Shown piece by piece: positions 47,699-58,133 of a DNA stretch of 64,000 nucleotides. The position numbers were made by a program, and so were the translations under genes. Under the pieces are notes generated by a model, which was not told the origin of the DNA, ran no database searches, and saw nothing but the letters and a program-made list of their open reading frames with translations. The stretch comes from an uncultured Candidatus Saccharibacteria bacterium (lineage in GTDB: Bacteria; Patescibacteriota; Minisyncoccia; Phycocordibacterales; SIBU01), in the NCBI GenBank assembly GCA_964430335.1, contig CAYSEN010000001.1, positions 1,653 to 65,652 on the forward strand. The letters run 5' to 3'. Each line of letters opens with the position of its first letter. Position 1 is the stretch's first letter.

Positions 47699-48466
47699 TT
47701 AAATTATCTTAGAAAGAGTAAGCCAGTCTTTTAAACTAAGTTCTTCTGGTCTGGATTTTTCTGATAAACTCATGTTTTTTAGAATTTCCGGATCAATTTT
47801 TAAAGTTCCAGTTAGCATTTTTCTCTTTTGACCAAAGGCTTTTTTGGTAATTTTCCAAAAATTTTCCTCGTGGGCGGCTGATTCAAAGTTTGCTCTAGAA
47901 ATATTCTCGATGGCAAGAATGGCCGAGTCCACTTTTGGCGGAGGATTAAAGTTTCCTTTAGTCACTGTGGCAACATACCTTGGAGTCCCGTAAGCTTTCA
48001 CTCCCAAGGACATAAGACTTTCCTTGTTGTCTTTCGCAACAATTCTTTGTGCCACTTCTTTTTGTATCATGAACACAATTTTTGAAGGCTGGTTTTCGCC
48101 AGCAAGGAATTTCCTAAGTAGCAAACCGGTAATGTAGTAAGGTATGTTGGCAATTATTTTGTATTCATTTGACCTTAAGTCATATTTTTCTGGACTGAAT
48201 TCCAAAATATCCCCTTCTATTAGGTTTAGCTGACCACTTTTTATCTCGTCTTGAAATTTAACACTCAAAGGCTCGATTAGCCTTCTGTCTTTTTCAATCG
48301 CGATTACTTTAGCTCCGGATTTTAATAGTTCGCTAGTCAGTACTCCCATGCCAGGGCCGGCTTCAACAATGATGTCGCTCGGTTTAATGTCTCCCGAATC
48401 GACAATATCTCCAAGAGCTTTTTTGGAGTTTAAAAAGTTTTGACCAAGTGATTTTTTCTGAAACAT
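47699..48466 (-). CDS. rsmA: 16S rRNA (adenine1518/1519-N6)-dimethyltransferase
   Basis: N-terminal LGQNFL. SAM motif VEAGPGMGVLT. Confidence 0.9.
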   Translation of the reverse strand: MFQKKSLGQNFLNSKKALGDIVDSGDIKPSDIIVEAGPGMGVLTSELLKSGAKVIAIEKDRRLIEPLSVKFQDEIKSGQLNLIEGDILEFSPEKYDLRSNEYKIIANIPYYITGLLLRKFLAGENQPSKIVFMIQKEVAQRIVAKDNKESLMSLGVKAYGTPRYVATVTKGNFNPPPKVDSAILAIENISRANFESAAHEENFWKITKKAFGQKRKMLTGTLKIDPEILKNMSLSEKSRPEELSLKDWLTLSKII

Positions 48467-48467
48467 A

Positions 48468-50447
48468 TTAGTCTAAATATATAATTTTCCCTCCACCTGA
48501 AAACGTCTCTTCTTTTTCAGAAAGTTCCTCGTCTATGTCCATTAAGAACTCAGAAGGCATGTTTACTTGCTTTGAGCCGAAGATGGTCCTAACACTTGCA
48601 TAGGAAAGGTATAACTTTTTCTTGGCTCTGGTCAAGGCCACATAAAACAGTCTTCTCTCTTCCTCTGCTTGCCTTTCGTCGAATTTCCCCTTATCCATCT
48701 TTTTGTGAGGGAAAAGATCTTCTTCTAATCCAGTAATAAAAACATATTCAAATTCGAGTCCTTTAGCCGCGTGGACTGTCATTAGCTTTACTGCCTCTCG
48801 ATTTTTCATTAGTTCATCTTGATCTGAGGCCAGCGCCGCTTCTTCTAGTAATTTCAGTATCCCCTCCTCACTGTTTTCATAGACATCGAATTTAGTTGCA
48901 AAAGTCACCAATTCCTTAATGTTTTCAAGTCTTTCTTCTTCATCGCTACCACCCATTTGTAACTCGTGCTCAATGCCACTTAATTTTATAATTTGTTTTA
49001 TTGTTTGAGATGGTTTTTCGATGTTTGAAATAATTTTTATTTCCTCAAGTATTTTTTTAAAGTCTGAAACCTTTTTTCGGGTGGCCGAGGGCAGTGTGTC
49101 TTCCTGTCCAGCTAAAACTTTTAGAACTGTCACTTTACCCAAACCTCTTGCTGGTACATTTATAATTCGCTTTAAGTCCGAGAGACTCTCAGGGTTTAGA
49201 GAGGCTTTTAAGTACGCAATAATATCCTTGATTTCTTTTCTTTCGAAAAATCTGGTTCCTAAAACTTGGTAAGGAACAACTTGATTTAACATCGCCTCTT
49301 CAATAGCTCTTCCTTGGAAATTAGCTCTGTATAAAACGGCAATTTCTGAAGGCGAAACCCCTTTGTCCTCGATAAGTTGTCTTGATCTTATGGCTACAAA
49401 TTTAGCTTCATCGTTCTCGTCGTAGGCAGAAAGAACTCCAATTTTCTCCCCTTCACCGTTTTTGGTGAACAGGTTTTTTTCTCTCCTGACTTTGTTTTTA
49501 GCTATGACACGATTGGCGGCTGTTAAAATTGTTTGAGTCGAACGATAGTTTTCTTCAAGAAGTACCATTTTGGCTTCTGGATAATCTTTTTCAAATCCAA
49601 GAATATTTTTTATATCAGCTCCTCGCCAGCTATAAATAGTCTGGTCAATGTCACCCACTACACAGATATTTCGATTTTTCTCAGCTAAATATTTTGCAAT
49701 CAAATACTGTACCTTATTGGTGTCTTGATACTCATCAATGTGAATATACTTCCATTTGTTTTGATAGTGACCACGAACTTCCTCATCATTTTTAAGAAGG
49801 TTAGCGGTTTTTAAAAGCAAATCATCGAAATCGAGCGCCTTCTCTTTTGAGAGAGCTTCCTCGTAGTGTTTCCAGATAGATAATATGACACTCTGAACAT
49901 ATTCGCCGTCAGTTTTTTCTGCGAATCTATCCACTGTAACTCCCGAACCCTTTTCCCTACTAATTAAATTTTGAATTGAGCTTGGATCAAAATTCTTTTT
50001 ATCTATCCCTGCTTTATCCATGGAGTCCTTGATAATTTTTAGAGTGTCGGATTTATCTAAAATAGAAAAATGCATCGGAATACCGAGCTTTTTAGCGTTT
50101 TCTCTAATTATTTGAACGCCTAAAGAGTGGAAAGTGCACACGGTCGGTATGTTTCTAGATCTGAATTCGTATTCGCTCGAAAAACTAAACTCTGCTATTG
50201 GTAGATTTAAACCCTTATCTTCGTTTAACAGCTTGATTACCCTTTCACGCATCTCCTTCGCTGCTTTGTTGGTAAAGGTGACAGCAAGAATGCTCTTAGG
50301 GTCGGCTCCCTGTTTGATCAGGTGAAGGATTCGATGGGTTATTGTTTTAGTTTTACCTGCACCGGCACCTGCAATGATTAACATTGGTCCATCTGTATGA
50401 AGGACGGCCTCCTTTTGTTGTGAGTTTAATCCGGTTAGGTGTTCCAT
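48468..50447 (-). CDS. UvrD/PcrA-family ATP-dependent DNA helicase
   Basis: IIAGAGAGKTKTITHR (motif I), DEYQDTN (motif II) and further helicase motifs. Confidence 0.9.
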   Translation of the reverse strand: MEHLTGLNSQQKEAVLHTDGPMLIIAGAGAGKTKTITHRILHLIKQGADPKSILAVTFTNKAAKEMRERVIKLLNEDKGLNLPIAEFSFSSEYEFRSRNIPTVCTFHSLGVQIIRENAKKLGIPMHFSILDKSDTLKIIKDSMDKAGIDKKNFDPSSIQNLISREKGSGVTVDRFAEKTDGEYVQSVILSIWKHYEEALSKEKALDFDDLLLKTANLLKNDEEVRGHYQNKWKYIHIDEYQDTNKVQYLIAKYLAEKNRNICVVGDIDQTIYSWRGADIKNILGFEKDYPEAKMVLLEENYRSTQTILTAANRVIAKNKVRREKNLFTKNGEGEKIGVLSAYDENDEAKFVAIRSRQLIEDKGVSPSEIAVLYRANFQGRAIEEAMLNQVVPYQVLGTRFFERKEIKDIIAYLKASLNPESLSDLKRIINVPARGLGKVTVLKVLAGQEDTLPSATRKKVSDFKKILEEIKIISNIEKPSQTIKQIIKLSGIEHELQMGGSDEEERLENIKELVTFATKFDVYENSEEGILKLLEEAALASDQDELMKNREAVKLMTVHAAKGLEFEYVFITGLEEDLFPHKKMDKGKFDERQAEEERRLFYVALTRAKKKLYLSYASVRTIFGSKQVNMPSEFLMDIDEELSEKEETFSGGGKIIYLD

Positions 50448-50790
50448 GAAGCACTACTATATCATGGAGATTAAATTTGGAGTGTGAATTGCCACAAAAA
50501 AGTAAAAAATTTTGACCAAATTCTCATCCACAGGCTATCCACATTAACATTTTTATGTTGTTGACTTTTGGGTACCACAAGCTACACTTATTGGACCGCT
50601 CAGTTTTGATGATATTACCAATATATGGCTTGGTTGAGCCATTTCCAGAGAGGAAGGATGAAATAACTAAGAATATAGGCTTATTTTAGGAAACCCTCAC
50701 AAACCTTTTGAGTCATTTACCAAAATTTGGCTCAATAAGGCCATAAATTCGGCATTTAAAGGCCTTCTGTACTCAAGGCTGGTTTTTGCT

Positions 50791-51756
50791 TTGCTTGCCA
50801 TGGCTTCTCCTATAACAGCCCAGGCAAGCATTTTTTCTTTTGTTTCTGACATTTTTACAGATCACCAGTCTCAAAATACGGCTTCAGTAGTCACCTCTCA
50901 AAACATTGCCGTCCTTCAGGCTGATCTAAATCCGAACGCTAATCTTGCCAAAGGGGGCGGTGATATTATTGTTGTGAATGACACTGCTCTACTACCTGAA
51001 ACTGGACCTTCTGGAAGTATGGCTGATATTGAGGAAGGTCATTCAGATCAAATCAGTATCTACGTTGTCCGCCAAGGAGACACTCTTTCGCAAATAGCCA
51101 AAATGTTCGGTGTTACTGTAAACACTGTCATGTGGGCCAATGACGTTAGTGAAAAAACCTTAAAGCCGGGAGATCAGTTGGTCATTCTACCTATTTCTGG
51201 TGTTCGCTATACCATAAAAACTGGGGACACTCTTAAGAGTATTGCTACAAAGTACAAAGCCGATGCAAATGAAATTGTTCAGTACAATGATTTAAAGTCA
51301 GAGTCACCTCTTGCAATAGGTACAACGATTATCATTCCTGATGGAGAAATCGTAATGCCTAAAACTAGTCAGCCAACATCAAAACTTCACGGTGCAGGTG
51401 GTCCAAATTATGTTGGTTATTACGCCAAGCCACTGTTGACCTACACAAAGAGTCAGGGACTTCACGGTTACAACGCTGTGGACCTTGCTGCTCCTATCGG
51501 CACTCCTATCATGGCTTCAGCTGAAGGTGATGTAATCATTAGCAAGAATTATGGTTGGAATGGTGGCTACGGTGAATATGTTGTTATCTCACATCCAAAC
51601 GGAACACAAACTCTTTATGCACACATGAGCAGTAACCTTGCTTACCAAGGTATGCATGTTTACAAAGGACAGGTAATCGGCTTTGTTGGATCGACCGGAA
51701 AATCTACTGGTAGCCACCTTCACTTCGAAGTTAGAGGAGCAAAAAATCCATTTTAA
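50791..51756 (+). CDS. LysM-domain M23 family metallopeptidase (cell-wall hydrolase)
   Basis: Signal peptide, two LysM repeats (YVVRQGDTLSQIA, YTIKTGDTLKSIA) and the M23 motif GSHLHFEVR. Confidence 0.8.
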   Translation: MLAMASPITAQASIFSFVSDIFTDHQSQNTASVVTSQNIAVLQADLNPNANLAKGGGDIIVVNDTALLPETGPSGSMADIEEGHSDQISIYVVRQGDTLSQIAKMFGVTVNTVMWANDVSEKTLKPGDQLVILPISGVRYTIKTGDTLKSIATKYKADANEIVQYNDLKSESPLAIGTTIIIPDGEIVMPKTSQPTSKLHGAGGPNYVGYYAKPLLTYTKSQGLHGYNAVDLAAPIGTPIMASAEGDVIISKNYGWNGGYGEYVVISHPNGTQTLYAHMSSNLAYQGMHVYKGQVIGFVGSTGKSTGSHLHFEVRGAKNPF

Positions 51757-51785
51757 AAAAACACCTCTAGGTGTTTTTTTTGTTT
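51754..51785. terminator. bidirectional terminator
   Basis: aaaaaaacacctctaggtgtttttttgttt. Confidence 0.75.
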
Positions 51786-53337
51786 AATAGTTATTAAGTT
51801 GTTTTGGTCTGTACTGCATTGCTTCAAGTACGTGCTTTTCCTCGATCTCTTCTTTAGAGTCTAAATCTGCGATCGTGCGAGCCAGTTTTATCACTCGGTG
51901 GTATGCGCGACCAGATAAACCTAGTTTTTCAGAAGACATATTTAGGATTTTAGTAACGCTTTCACTTAGGTTAATAATATTTGAAATGTCTCTAGCGGTC
52001 ATTTCACTATTTGTATTTATCGGCCGTCCGTGCTTTTTGAATCGGCTCTCTTGAATTTTTCTGGCGTTTTCAACTCTTTTAGCAATATCTTTTGTACTCT
52101 CTGCCCTCTCCTTTTTAGAAAGTGTTTGGTGTGAGATACGTGGCACCTCAACCCAGAGGTCGATACGGTCAATTATTGGACCGGAGATTTTATCTTTGTA
52201 TCTTTTGAGTGTAATTGGTGTGCAGATACATTCTTTTTCCTGTGAACCATAGTTTCCACACGGGCAGGGATTCATGGCCGCAATCAAAATAAAATTTGCT
52301 GGAAATTGTACCGTTCCCTTCGCTCTAGATACACTTATGACTCGTTCTTCAAGGGGTTCTCTTAAGGCATCAATTGCACGACGCTCAAATTCCGCAAACT
52401 CATCAAGAAATAGCACGCCGTGATGAGCTAGTGTTACTTCTCCCGGTTTAGGATTTACACCTCCTCCGACTAGTGAAACATAAGAGGCAGTATGGTGAGG
52501 AGATCTTAGTGGAGGTTCTGACATCATGTAGCCTTTCAAAATGCCCGCAACGGAATGAATGGCTGTAGTATCCAAAATTTTTTCAAAAGTGAGTGGTGGA
52601 ATGATATTTTTAAATGCCTTAGCCAACATGGTTTTGCCGGTTCCTGGAGGTCCAAACATGGCGATGTTGTGTCCACCTGATGCGGCAATTTCTAAGCCTC
52701 TTTTTGCTGTATCCTGACCTTTGATATCTGCGAAGTCTACATCAAAGTTTTTAGATTCTGTTTCAATCTCTGTTTTTGGCTGTGGAACAATGGTTTTACC
52801 TACTTTGTCAGGAGTGGCACTTGTGGCCAAGTGTTCGATAATCTGACTGAGGTCTTTTACGCCGTAGACCTTGATCCCTCCAATTAAGGCCGCTTCTTTC
52901 GCATTTTCCTCAGGTACATATATTTCCAAAAAACCACTATCCTTAGCTTTTCTAGATAGTGGAAGAACCCCGTTTATTTTTCTTAGTTTACCGTCTAGAG
53001 AAAGTTCACCCAAAAAAACTTTGTCTTCAGCTTCAAATTTTATTTCCTCTGATGCCTTTAGATACGCGATTGCTATAGCTAGATCAAAAACAGCCCCTTC
53101 TTTTTTCAGTTCTGCAGGAGCTAGGGATATGGTGATTTTTTGGTTTTTCTGTTTTGGAGATTTAAATCCAGAATTTTTAATTGCAGCCGACACTCTGTCT
53201 CTGGATTCCTCTACCCCTTTGTCTGGTAGACCAACAATCGAAAAAGAGTGGAGTCCTTTAGAAAGATCGACTTCAACAGTAATTATTTGTGAGTTTAAAA
53301 TATTTGTCTGAGCACTGTATACTTTGGCAAAAGACAT
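51784..53337 (-). CDS. comM: Mg-chelatase-like AAA+ protein YifB/ComM
   Basis: N-terminal ChlI-like domain, GPPGTGKTMLA Walker A and C-terminal zinc-ribbon cysteines. Confidence 0.85.
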   Translation of the reverse strand: MSFAKVYSAQTNILNSQIITVEVDLSKGLHSFSIVGLPDKGVEESRDRVSAAIKNSGFKSPKQKNQKITISLAPAELKKEGAVFDLAIAIAYLKASEEIKFEAEDKVFLGELSLDGKLRKINGVLPLSRKAKDSGFLEIYVPEENAKEAALIGGIKVYGVKDLSQIIEHLATSATPDKVGKTIVPQPKTEIETESKNFDVDFADIKGQDTAKRGLEIAASGGHNIAMFGPPGTGKTMLAKAFKNIIPPLTFEKILDTTAIHSVAGILKGYMMSEPPLRSPHHTASYVSLVGGGVNPKPGEVTLAHHGVLFLDEFAEFERRAIDALREPLEERVISVSRAKGTVQFPANFILIAAMNPCPCGNYGSQEKECICTPITLKRYKDKISGPIIDRIDLWVEVPRISHQTLSKKERAESTKDIAKRVENARKIQESRFKKHGRPINTNSEMTARDISNIINLSESVTKILNMSSEKLGLSGRAYHRVIKLARTIADLDSKEEIEEKHVLEAMQYRPKQLNNY

Positions 53338-53355
53338 TTTATTTTAATAAAGTCT

Positions 53356-53718
53356 TTATTTCATATGAGCCACACAGGTGCTGGCTGCTGGGTTAGCTTC
53401 CAATCTCTCTTTTTCAATTGGATGATGGTCTGCTTCGCATAGTCCATAAGTCCCCTTTTCAATTTTCTCTAAAGCTTTTTTGATTTCGTTAAATCTAATT
53501 TCCAACTGCTTTAAAATCGCGGTATTTTCCTCATAAGATTCTATGCTATCAGCCACGTCATTTGAGTCAGACGCTAAGGTGTCCATTTGGTCTGGTTTTG
53601 CTTCCCAATCAGATGGGTTCGATGGATTGATTCGGCCAATAGACTCTAATTCTTTTTCAACGACTTTCAGTTCAGATTCTAATAGTGTTTTGAAATGTTT
53701 TGTATTTTCCATAAACAA
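53356..53718 (-). CDS. DksA/TraR-like small protein (coiled coil plus C-terminal Cys/His pair)
   Basis: 120 aa, a helical N-terminus and C-terminal GLCEADHH...STCVAH. Tentative. Confidence 0.4.
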   Translation of the reverse strand: MFMENTKHFKTLLESELKVVEKELESIGRINPSNPSDWEAKPDQMDTLASDSNDVADSIESYEENTAILKQLEIRFNEIKKALEKIEKGTYGLCEADHHPIEKERLEANPAASTCVAHMK

Positions 53719-53735
53719 ATCATAACACCAGATGT

Positions 53736-54665
53736 TTATTGCACAAGTTTTTTGGTGAGCAATCTGGTTATCACCTGATCTAGTGTTTCAGGGTTGGTTG
53801 CGATAATAATAGTATTTTTGTCTAAGAATGAATAAATGAGGTTTATTTTTCTATTTGAATCTCTCAGGGCTCTTGTGTCTCTGTTTTTATATACAACGTC
53901 CTCAAAATCCTTATATTTTTTAATAAGATTTTCGCTGGTTGTGGCCACAACTTCTGCTTCAGGAGCAAAAAATATGCCACCTAGATTATTTTTTATATCT
54001 TTTTCCCAAGAAAGCATCCCGGAAAAAGCTCCTTGGTAATAGTTGGTTTTAAGTATTAAAAATACTTCATTTTTACTCAGCACGTGAACTCCTAGTGTGA
54101 ATTTGTCGTCTAGTGTCCTTAGAAAACTATCAGGTGCGTCTGTTTCTAATAAACTGAAGAACTGACTGGTGGTGATTTTGGTATTTTTTTCATCAATAAG
54201 TTTAAATTCAACCATCGAGCCATTTTTTTCCTTTTGTGATTTTATTTCTGTTGAGATGGCCTCGATAAGTCTGTATCGATTCATCCCAGAAATATTTATT
54301 GTTTTTTCGTTCTCAGTTGAGATCAGACCTTGTTCACTTATCGGGGTCACTGCCTTTTGAGGAAGAATGACGTTTCTGTATTGATAAATATAATAAAGTG
54401 CTCCAGAACCTATTAGGATAAACAAAATACTAATGGTTAAAATTAGTTTTGTGTGATTATGTTCCGGAGGGTCATCTGCAATCATCTGGGCATTTTTTCT
54501 GTCATTCTCAGCGATGGCAATTTTTGAGAGAGTTCCGTCACCTGATTTAATCAACCCTTCCACGTCACCTTTGAAAGTGCGAATCGGGCTTACTTGTTCG
54601 TCTGGTTTTTCATCCATGCTTATATTTTCGCAGACACTTCGATTGTAAGCAAGAAATAAAAACAA
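53736..54665 (-). CDS. hypothetical single-pass membrane protein
   Basis: One TM (LILTISILFILIGSGALYYIY). Confidence 0.45.
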   Translation of the reverse strand: MFLFLAYNRSVCENISMDEKPDEQVSPIRTFKGDVEGLIKSGDGTLSKIAIAENDRKNAQMIADDPPEHNHTKLILTISILFILIGSGALYYIYQYRNVILPQKAVTPISEQGLISTENEKTINISGMNRYRLIEAISTEIKSQKEKNGSMVEFKLIDEKNTKITTSQFFSLLETDAPDSFLRTLDDKFTLGVHVLSKNEVFLILKTNYYQGAFSGMLSWEKDIKNNLGGIFFAPEAEVVATTSENLIKKYKDFEDVVYKNRDTRALRDSNRKINLIYSFLDKNTIIIATNPETLDQVITRLLTKKLVQ

Positions 54666-54694
54666 AAAACACCCTTGTCGGGGTGTTTTTTGTT
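54666..54694 (-). terminator. rho-independent terminator after pnp
   Basis: aaaaaacaccc-ttgtc-ggggtgtttttt. Confidence 0.75.
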
Positions 54695-54695
54695 T

Positions 54696-56867
54696 TTATT
54701 TTTGTGCCGGTTTCTTAATAAAGTTTGGATCGGCGTCCTTGATTGATAATTTTATTCTATCTCTTTCGTCGATTTCTTTTACGATTACTGGGACAACATC
54801 TCCCTCTTTTAAGTATGATGCCACCTGATCAATTCTAAACGGTGCTATCTCTGATATGTGAACTAAACCTTCTGTAGAGCCACCAATTTTTACGAACGCT
54901 CCGAACTCAGCGATTTTTACGACCACACCTTGGAATCTCTCACCTCTTTTGTACTCGTGTGTCATGTCTTCGATAATCTTTTTGGCCTTTTCGGCTGTGC
55001 CGTTTTTACCTGTAATGTAAACTGTTCCATCATCTTCTATATCGATACCGTCAACTCCGGTTTTTTCCTTTATGTCGTTAATAGTTTTTCCGCCAGTACC
55101 AATCACAAGTCCGATTTGATCCACTTTTATCTTTACAAGAAGAATCTTCGGAGCGTTTGGTGAAATATCTGCTCTAGGGAGATTAATTTCGGCTAACATG
55201 ACACCTAGGATTTTTAATCTGGCCTGTTTAGCCTTTTCAAAAGCCTCCTCCAAAACATGAAGTGGAATTCCATCTACTTTTACATCCATTTGCACTGCTG
55301 TTACACCTTTTGTTGTTCCCGCTACTTTAAAATCCATATCTCCGTGATGGTCCTCTGGTCCTTGAATATCAGTGAGAACCTTATACTCTTTAGAATTTTT
55401 CATCATTAGACCTGAGGCGATTCCTGCAACAGGAGCAGATATTGGCACTCCAGCATCCATCAGCGCTAGGGTTGAACCACAAACACTACCCATCGAAGTT
55501 GAACCATTTGAAGCAAATGCTTCAGAAACAATTCTAATGGTGTATGGGAAACTGTCTTTGTGAGGTAAGACCGGTACAAGAGCTTTTTCAGCAAGTGCGC
55601 CGTGGCCAATCATTCTTCTGTTAGTCGAACCAATTCGACCTGTTTCGCCAGAAGAAAATGGTGGAAAGTTATAATGATGCATGTATCTCTTTTTTGTCTG
55701 TGACTCCATTCCTTCAATCACCTGAGATTCACCAGGACCTCCTAGTGTAAGAGCGGATAAAATATGAGTACCTCCTCTGTAGAAGATTCCTGAACCGTGC
55801 AAAATAGGAGAAACTCCCCCAGCTTTAGCAAAAAGCGGTCGTAGTTCGTCCATTTTTCTATTATCAGGTCTCTTGTCATTTTTGATGGCCTCTTCGTGAA
55901 TAAGGTCATTTACTCTTTCTTCAAAATATCCATCTGCTACTCCTGACTTTTGCTCAGGTAATTTCTCCTTGAAAAGATTCATCCATTCTGATTTAAGTTC
56001 GTATATTTTAGCGTTACCAGGTTCACCACACATGACAAAATCTGCCATCTTGCCTTCGATGTTTTGAGCAAATAGGTCAACAATCTCTTTTGAAACCTCA
56101 GGTTTAGGAATTATTTTCTTGGTCTTGCCTATTTCTTTCACTACCATTTTCTGAAATTCTTGAAGTTTCTCGATTTCTTCAACCGCTTTTTTAAGTGCGG
56201 ACATTAGAATTGGCTCTGCGATTTCCTTACCCCCAACTTCAATCATGTTGATATTCCCATCTTTTCCACAAGCGACTATGTCAGCATCGTAATTTTCCGC
56301 CTCTCGTGTTTTGTAATTAGGGTTAATCACAAAGTTATTGGTTTCCTTCTCAATTCCAATTCTTACTGAAGAAACCGGTCCATTCCAAGGGATGTCTGAA
56401 GTGCTAAGAGCAAGCGATGCTCCCAAGACCCCTAAAACATCTGGATCGTCCTCATCGATTGATAGTACGGTTATGACTACTTGAACCTCATGACGAATGT
56501 ATTGGTCAAAAAGTGGTCTGATTGTTCGGTCGACAATTCTTCCGGAAAGGATAGCTTCGTCGGTTGGTCTTCCCTCTCTTCTCACAAAACGACTACCTAA
56601 AATTTTACCTCCAGCATAAAATCGTTCCTCGTAATCAACAGTAAGAGGAAACCAGTCGCCCCCTTCTTTTGCGTTTTTTGACATTACTGCTGTGGCTAAA
56701 AGTACAGTATTACCATATCGGATTATCACCGAACCATTGGCTTGTTCAGCCAAATCACTAAACTCTGCAGTAAGAGTCTTCCCTCCCAACTCTATCGAGA
56801 ATTCTTTTTTCTTCATAACATTTTGAGACCTTCGAATCTGCCCCGTAGTGAATTCAATGGAACTCAC
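54696..56867 (-). CDS. pnp: polyribonucleotide nucleotidyltransferase (PNPase)
   Basis: Two RNase PH domains, a KH domain (GLVIGTGGKTI) and a C-terminal S1 domain (ERFQGVVVKIAEFGAFV). Confidence 0.95.
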   Translation of the reverse strand: MSSIEFTTGQIRRSQNVMKKKEFSIELGGKTLTAEFSDLAEQANGSVIIRYGNTVLLATAVMSKNAKEGGDWFPLTVDYEERFYAGGKILGSRFVRREGRPTDEAILSGRIVDRTIRPLFDQYIRHEVQVVITVLSIDEDDPDVLGVLGASLALSTSDIPWNGPVSSVRIGIEKETNNFVINPNYKTREAENYDADIVACGKDGNINMIEVGGKEIAEPILMSALKKAVEEIEKLQEFQKMVVKEIGKTKKIIPKPEVSKEIVDLFAQNIEGKMADFVMCGEPGNAKIYELKSEWMNLFKEKLPEQKSGVADGYFEERVNDLIHEEAIKNDKRPDNRKMDELRPLFAKAGGVSPILHGSGIFYRGGTHILSALTLGGPGESQVIEGMESQTKKRYMHHYNFPPFSSGETGRIGSTNRRMIGHGALAEKALVPVLPHKDSFPYTIRIVSEAFASNGSTSMGSVCGSTLALMDAGVPISAPVAGIASGLMMKNSKEYKVLTDIQGPEDHHGDMDFKVAGTTKGVTAVQMDVKVDGIPLHVLEEAFEKAKQARLKILGVMLAEINLPRADISPNAPKILLVKIKVDQIGLVIGTGGKTINDIKEKTGVDGIDIEDDGTVYITGKNGTAEKAKKIIEDMTHEYKRGERFQGVVVKIAEFGAFVKIGGSTEGLVHISEIAPFRIDQVASYLKEGDVVPVIVKEIDERDRIKLSIKDADPNFIKKPAQK

Positions 56868-57091
56868 TATATGGTAGAATTTTCAACTCTTGGCACTTTC
56901 CTCGATTTTCAAGGGAAATATCAAAAATTGAATTCTACTTTGGGGTTTTAGGTTTCGTCCAAACGTTGTTTGGGCAAAAACTACCTATTCGAAGACCTCG
57001 GCTAACTTTTAATGTTTAGAGTTTAGCAGAAATGTGAACATTTTAATATTTGACACTTATCTGTCTTTCTTGCTTAGAGAAACAAAAGAAA

Positions 57092-57120
57092 ATGCCCGGC
57101 GCGTTTCGCGCCGGGCATTT
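57092..57120. terminator. GC-rich hairpin terminator between NYN gene and pnp leader
   Basis: gcccggcgcg-tttc-gcgccgggc flanked by A-run and T-run. Confidence 0.7.
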
Positions 57121-57123
57121 TCT

Positions 57124-57696
57124 TTATTCTTCCGAAGGCTTTCTACCGCCCTCCTCAAATTTTTCAACTCTTTCTGGTCTCCTACTTGTGGTACCCATCA
57201 AGTATTTTCTCGGATTTTCATCTAAATCAATAAATTCATCAGCAGCTTCTTTCAATCTTCCAGAGGCGGATTTTCCAAAGGTCACCACTTCTACTTGGCA
57301 ACCTTCGTGAACTTGTAAATATTCTACGAGTGGTACAAAGTCACCGTCTCCTGTTACGAGAATCACAGCATCTAATTTAGGAGCTAATTTAATTGCATCA
57401 ACTGCCATCCCTACATCCCAATCGGCTTTCTTGGCTCCACCAGCAAAAATCTGCAAATCTTTTGTTTTTGCTTCGATTCCCATTTTAGCTAAGGCCTCAA
57501 AAAAGCCCTTTTCATCTCCAGATTCGGTGGTGATGACATAGGCCATGGCACGGATGAGTGCCCTACCTGCCAAAGCGTCTTTAACTACTTGTCCAAAGTT
57601 TACACGGGCGTTATAGAGATTTCTCGCTGTGTGATATAGATTTTGCGTATCAATAAAAATACCAACCCTCTGTTCCTTGTGTTTAATTACAGTCAT
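57124..57696 (-). CDS. NYN-domain (LabA/PIN-like) protein
   Basis: VGIFIDTQNLYH...ILVTGDGDFVPLV pattern typical of NYN nucleases. Confidence 0.7.
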   Translation of the reverse strand: MTVIKHKEQRVGIFIDTQNLYHTARNLYNARVNFGQVVKDALAGRALIRAMAYVITTESGDEKGFFEALAKMGIEAKTKDLQIFAGGAKKADWDVGMAVDAIKLAPKLDAVILVTGDGDFVPLVEYLQVHEGCQVEVVTFGKSASGRLKEAADEFIDLDENPRKYLMGTTSRRPERVEKFEEGGRKPSEE

Positions 57697-57789
57697 AAAA
57701 ATAGACTTCGCTCTTAATTGAGCTTACTTATTAAAAATTACTTAGTTAACTATAGACCAGTATAGCATGAGGTTGCTATACAAATTTAT

Positions 57790-58059
57790 TTAAATTTTCT
57801 TGAGTTCGAGTTTTTTTACCACAGCGTTGTATCGCTTGATATTTTTCTTCTCAAGATACTTCATATGAGATTGTCTATCGGCAACCATAGCCAAAAGTCC
57901 TCTCCTTGAATGTTTATCCTTTGCGTTTTTCTTTAAATGTGAAGCTAGAGCCTCGATTTTCTTGGTAAGTAAAGCAATCTGGACTTCAGAAGAACCAGTA
58001 TCTTTATCGTGAATCGCCACCTCTTTTATAGTTTTTTGTTTCTTGGTCTTGGTTAACAT
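57790..58059 (-). CDS. rpsO: 30S ribosomal protein S15
   Basis: GSSEVQIALLTKKIEALASHLKKNAKDKHSRRGLLAMV matches the S15 core. Start set at the internal Met (MLTKTKK). The ORF track extends to 58095. Confidence 0.85.
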   Translation of the reverse strand: MLTKTKKQKTIKEVAIHDKDTGSSEVQIALLTKKIEALASHLKKNAKDKHSRRGLLAMVADRQSHMKYLEKKNIKRYNAVVKKLELKKI

Positions 58060-58133
58060 GTGCGAAATGATAGCACAAAACAAAATTTTACGCAAGTCTT
58101 TATTTATGTTCCCTTTTATAGGTTATAATTATT

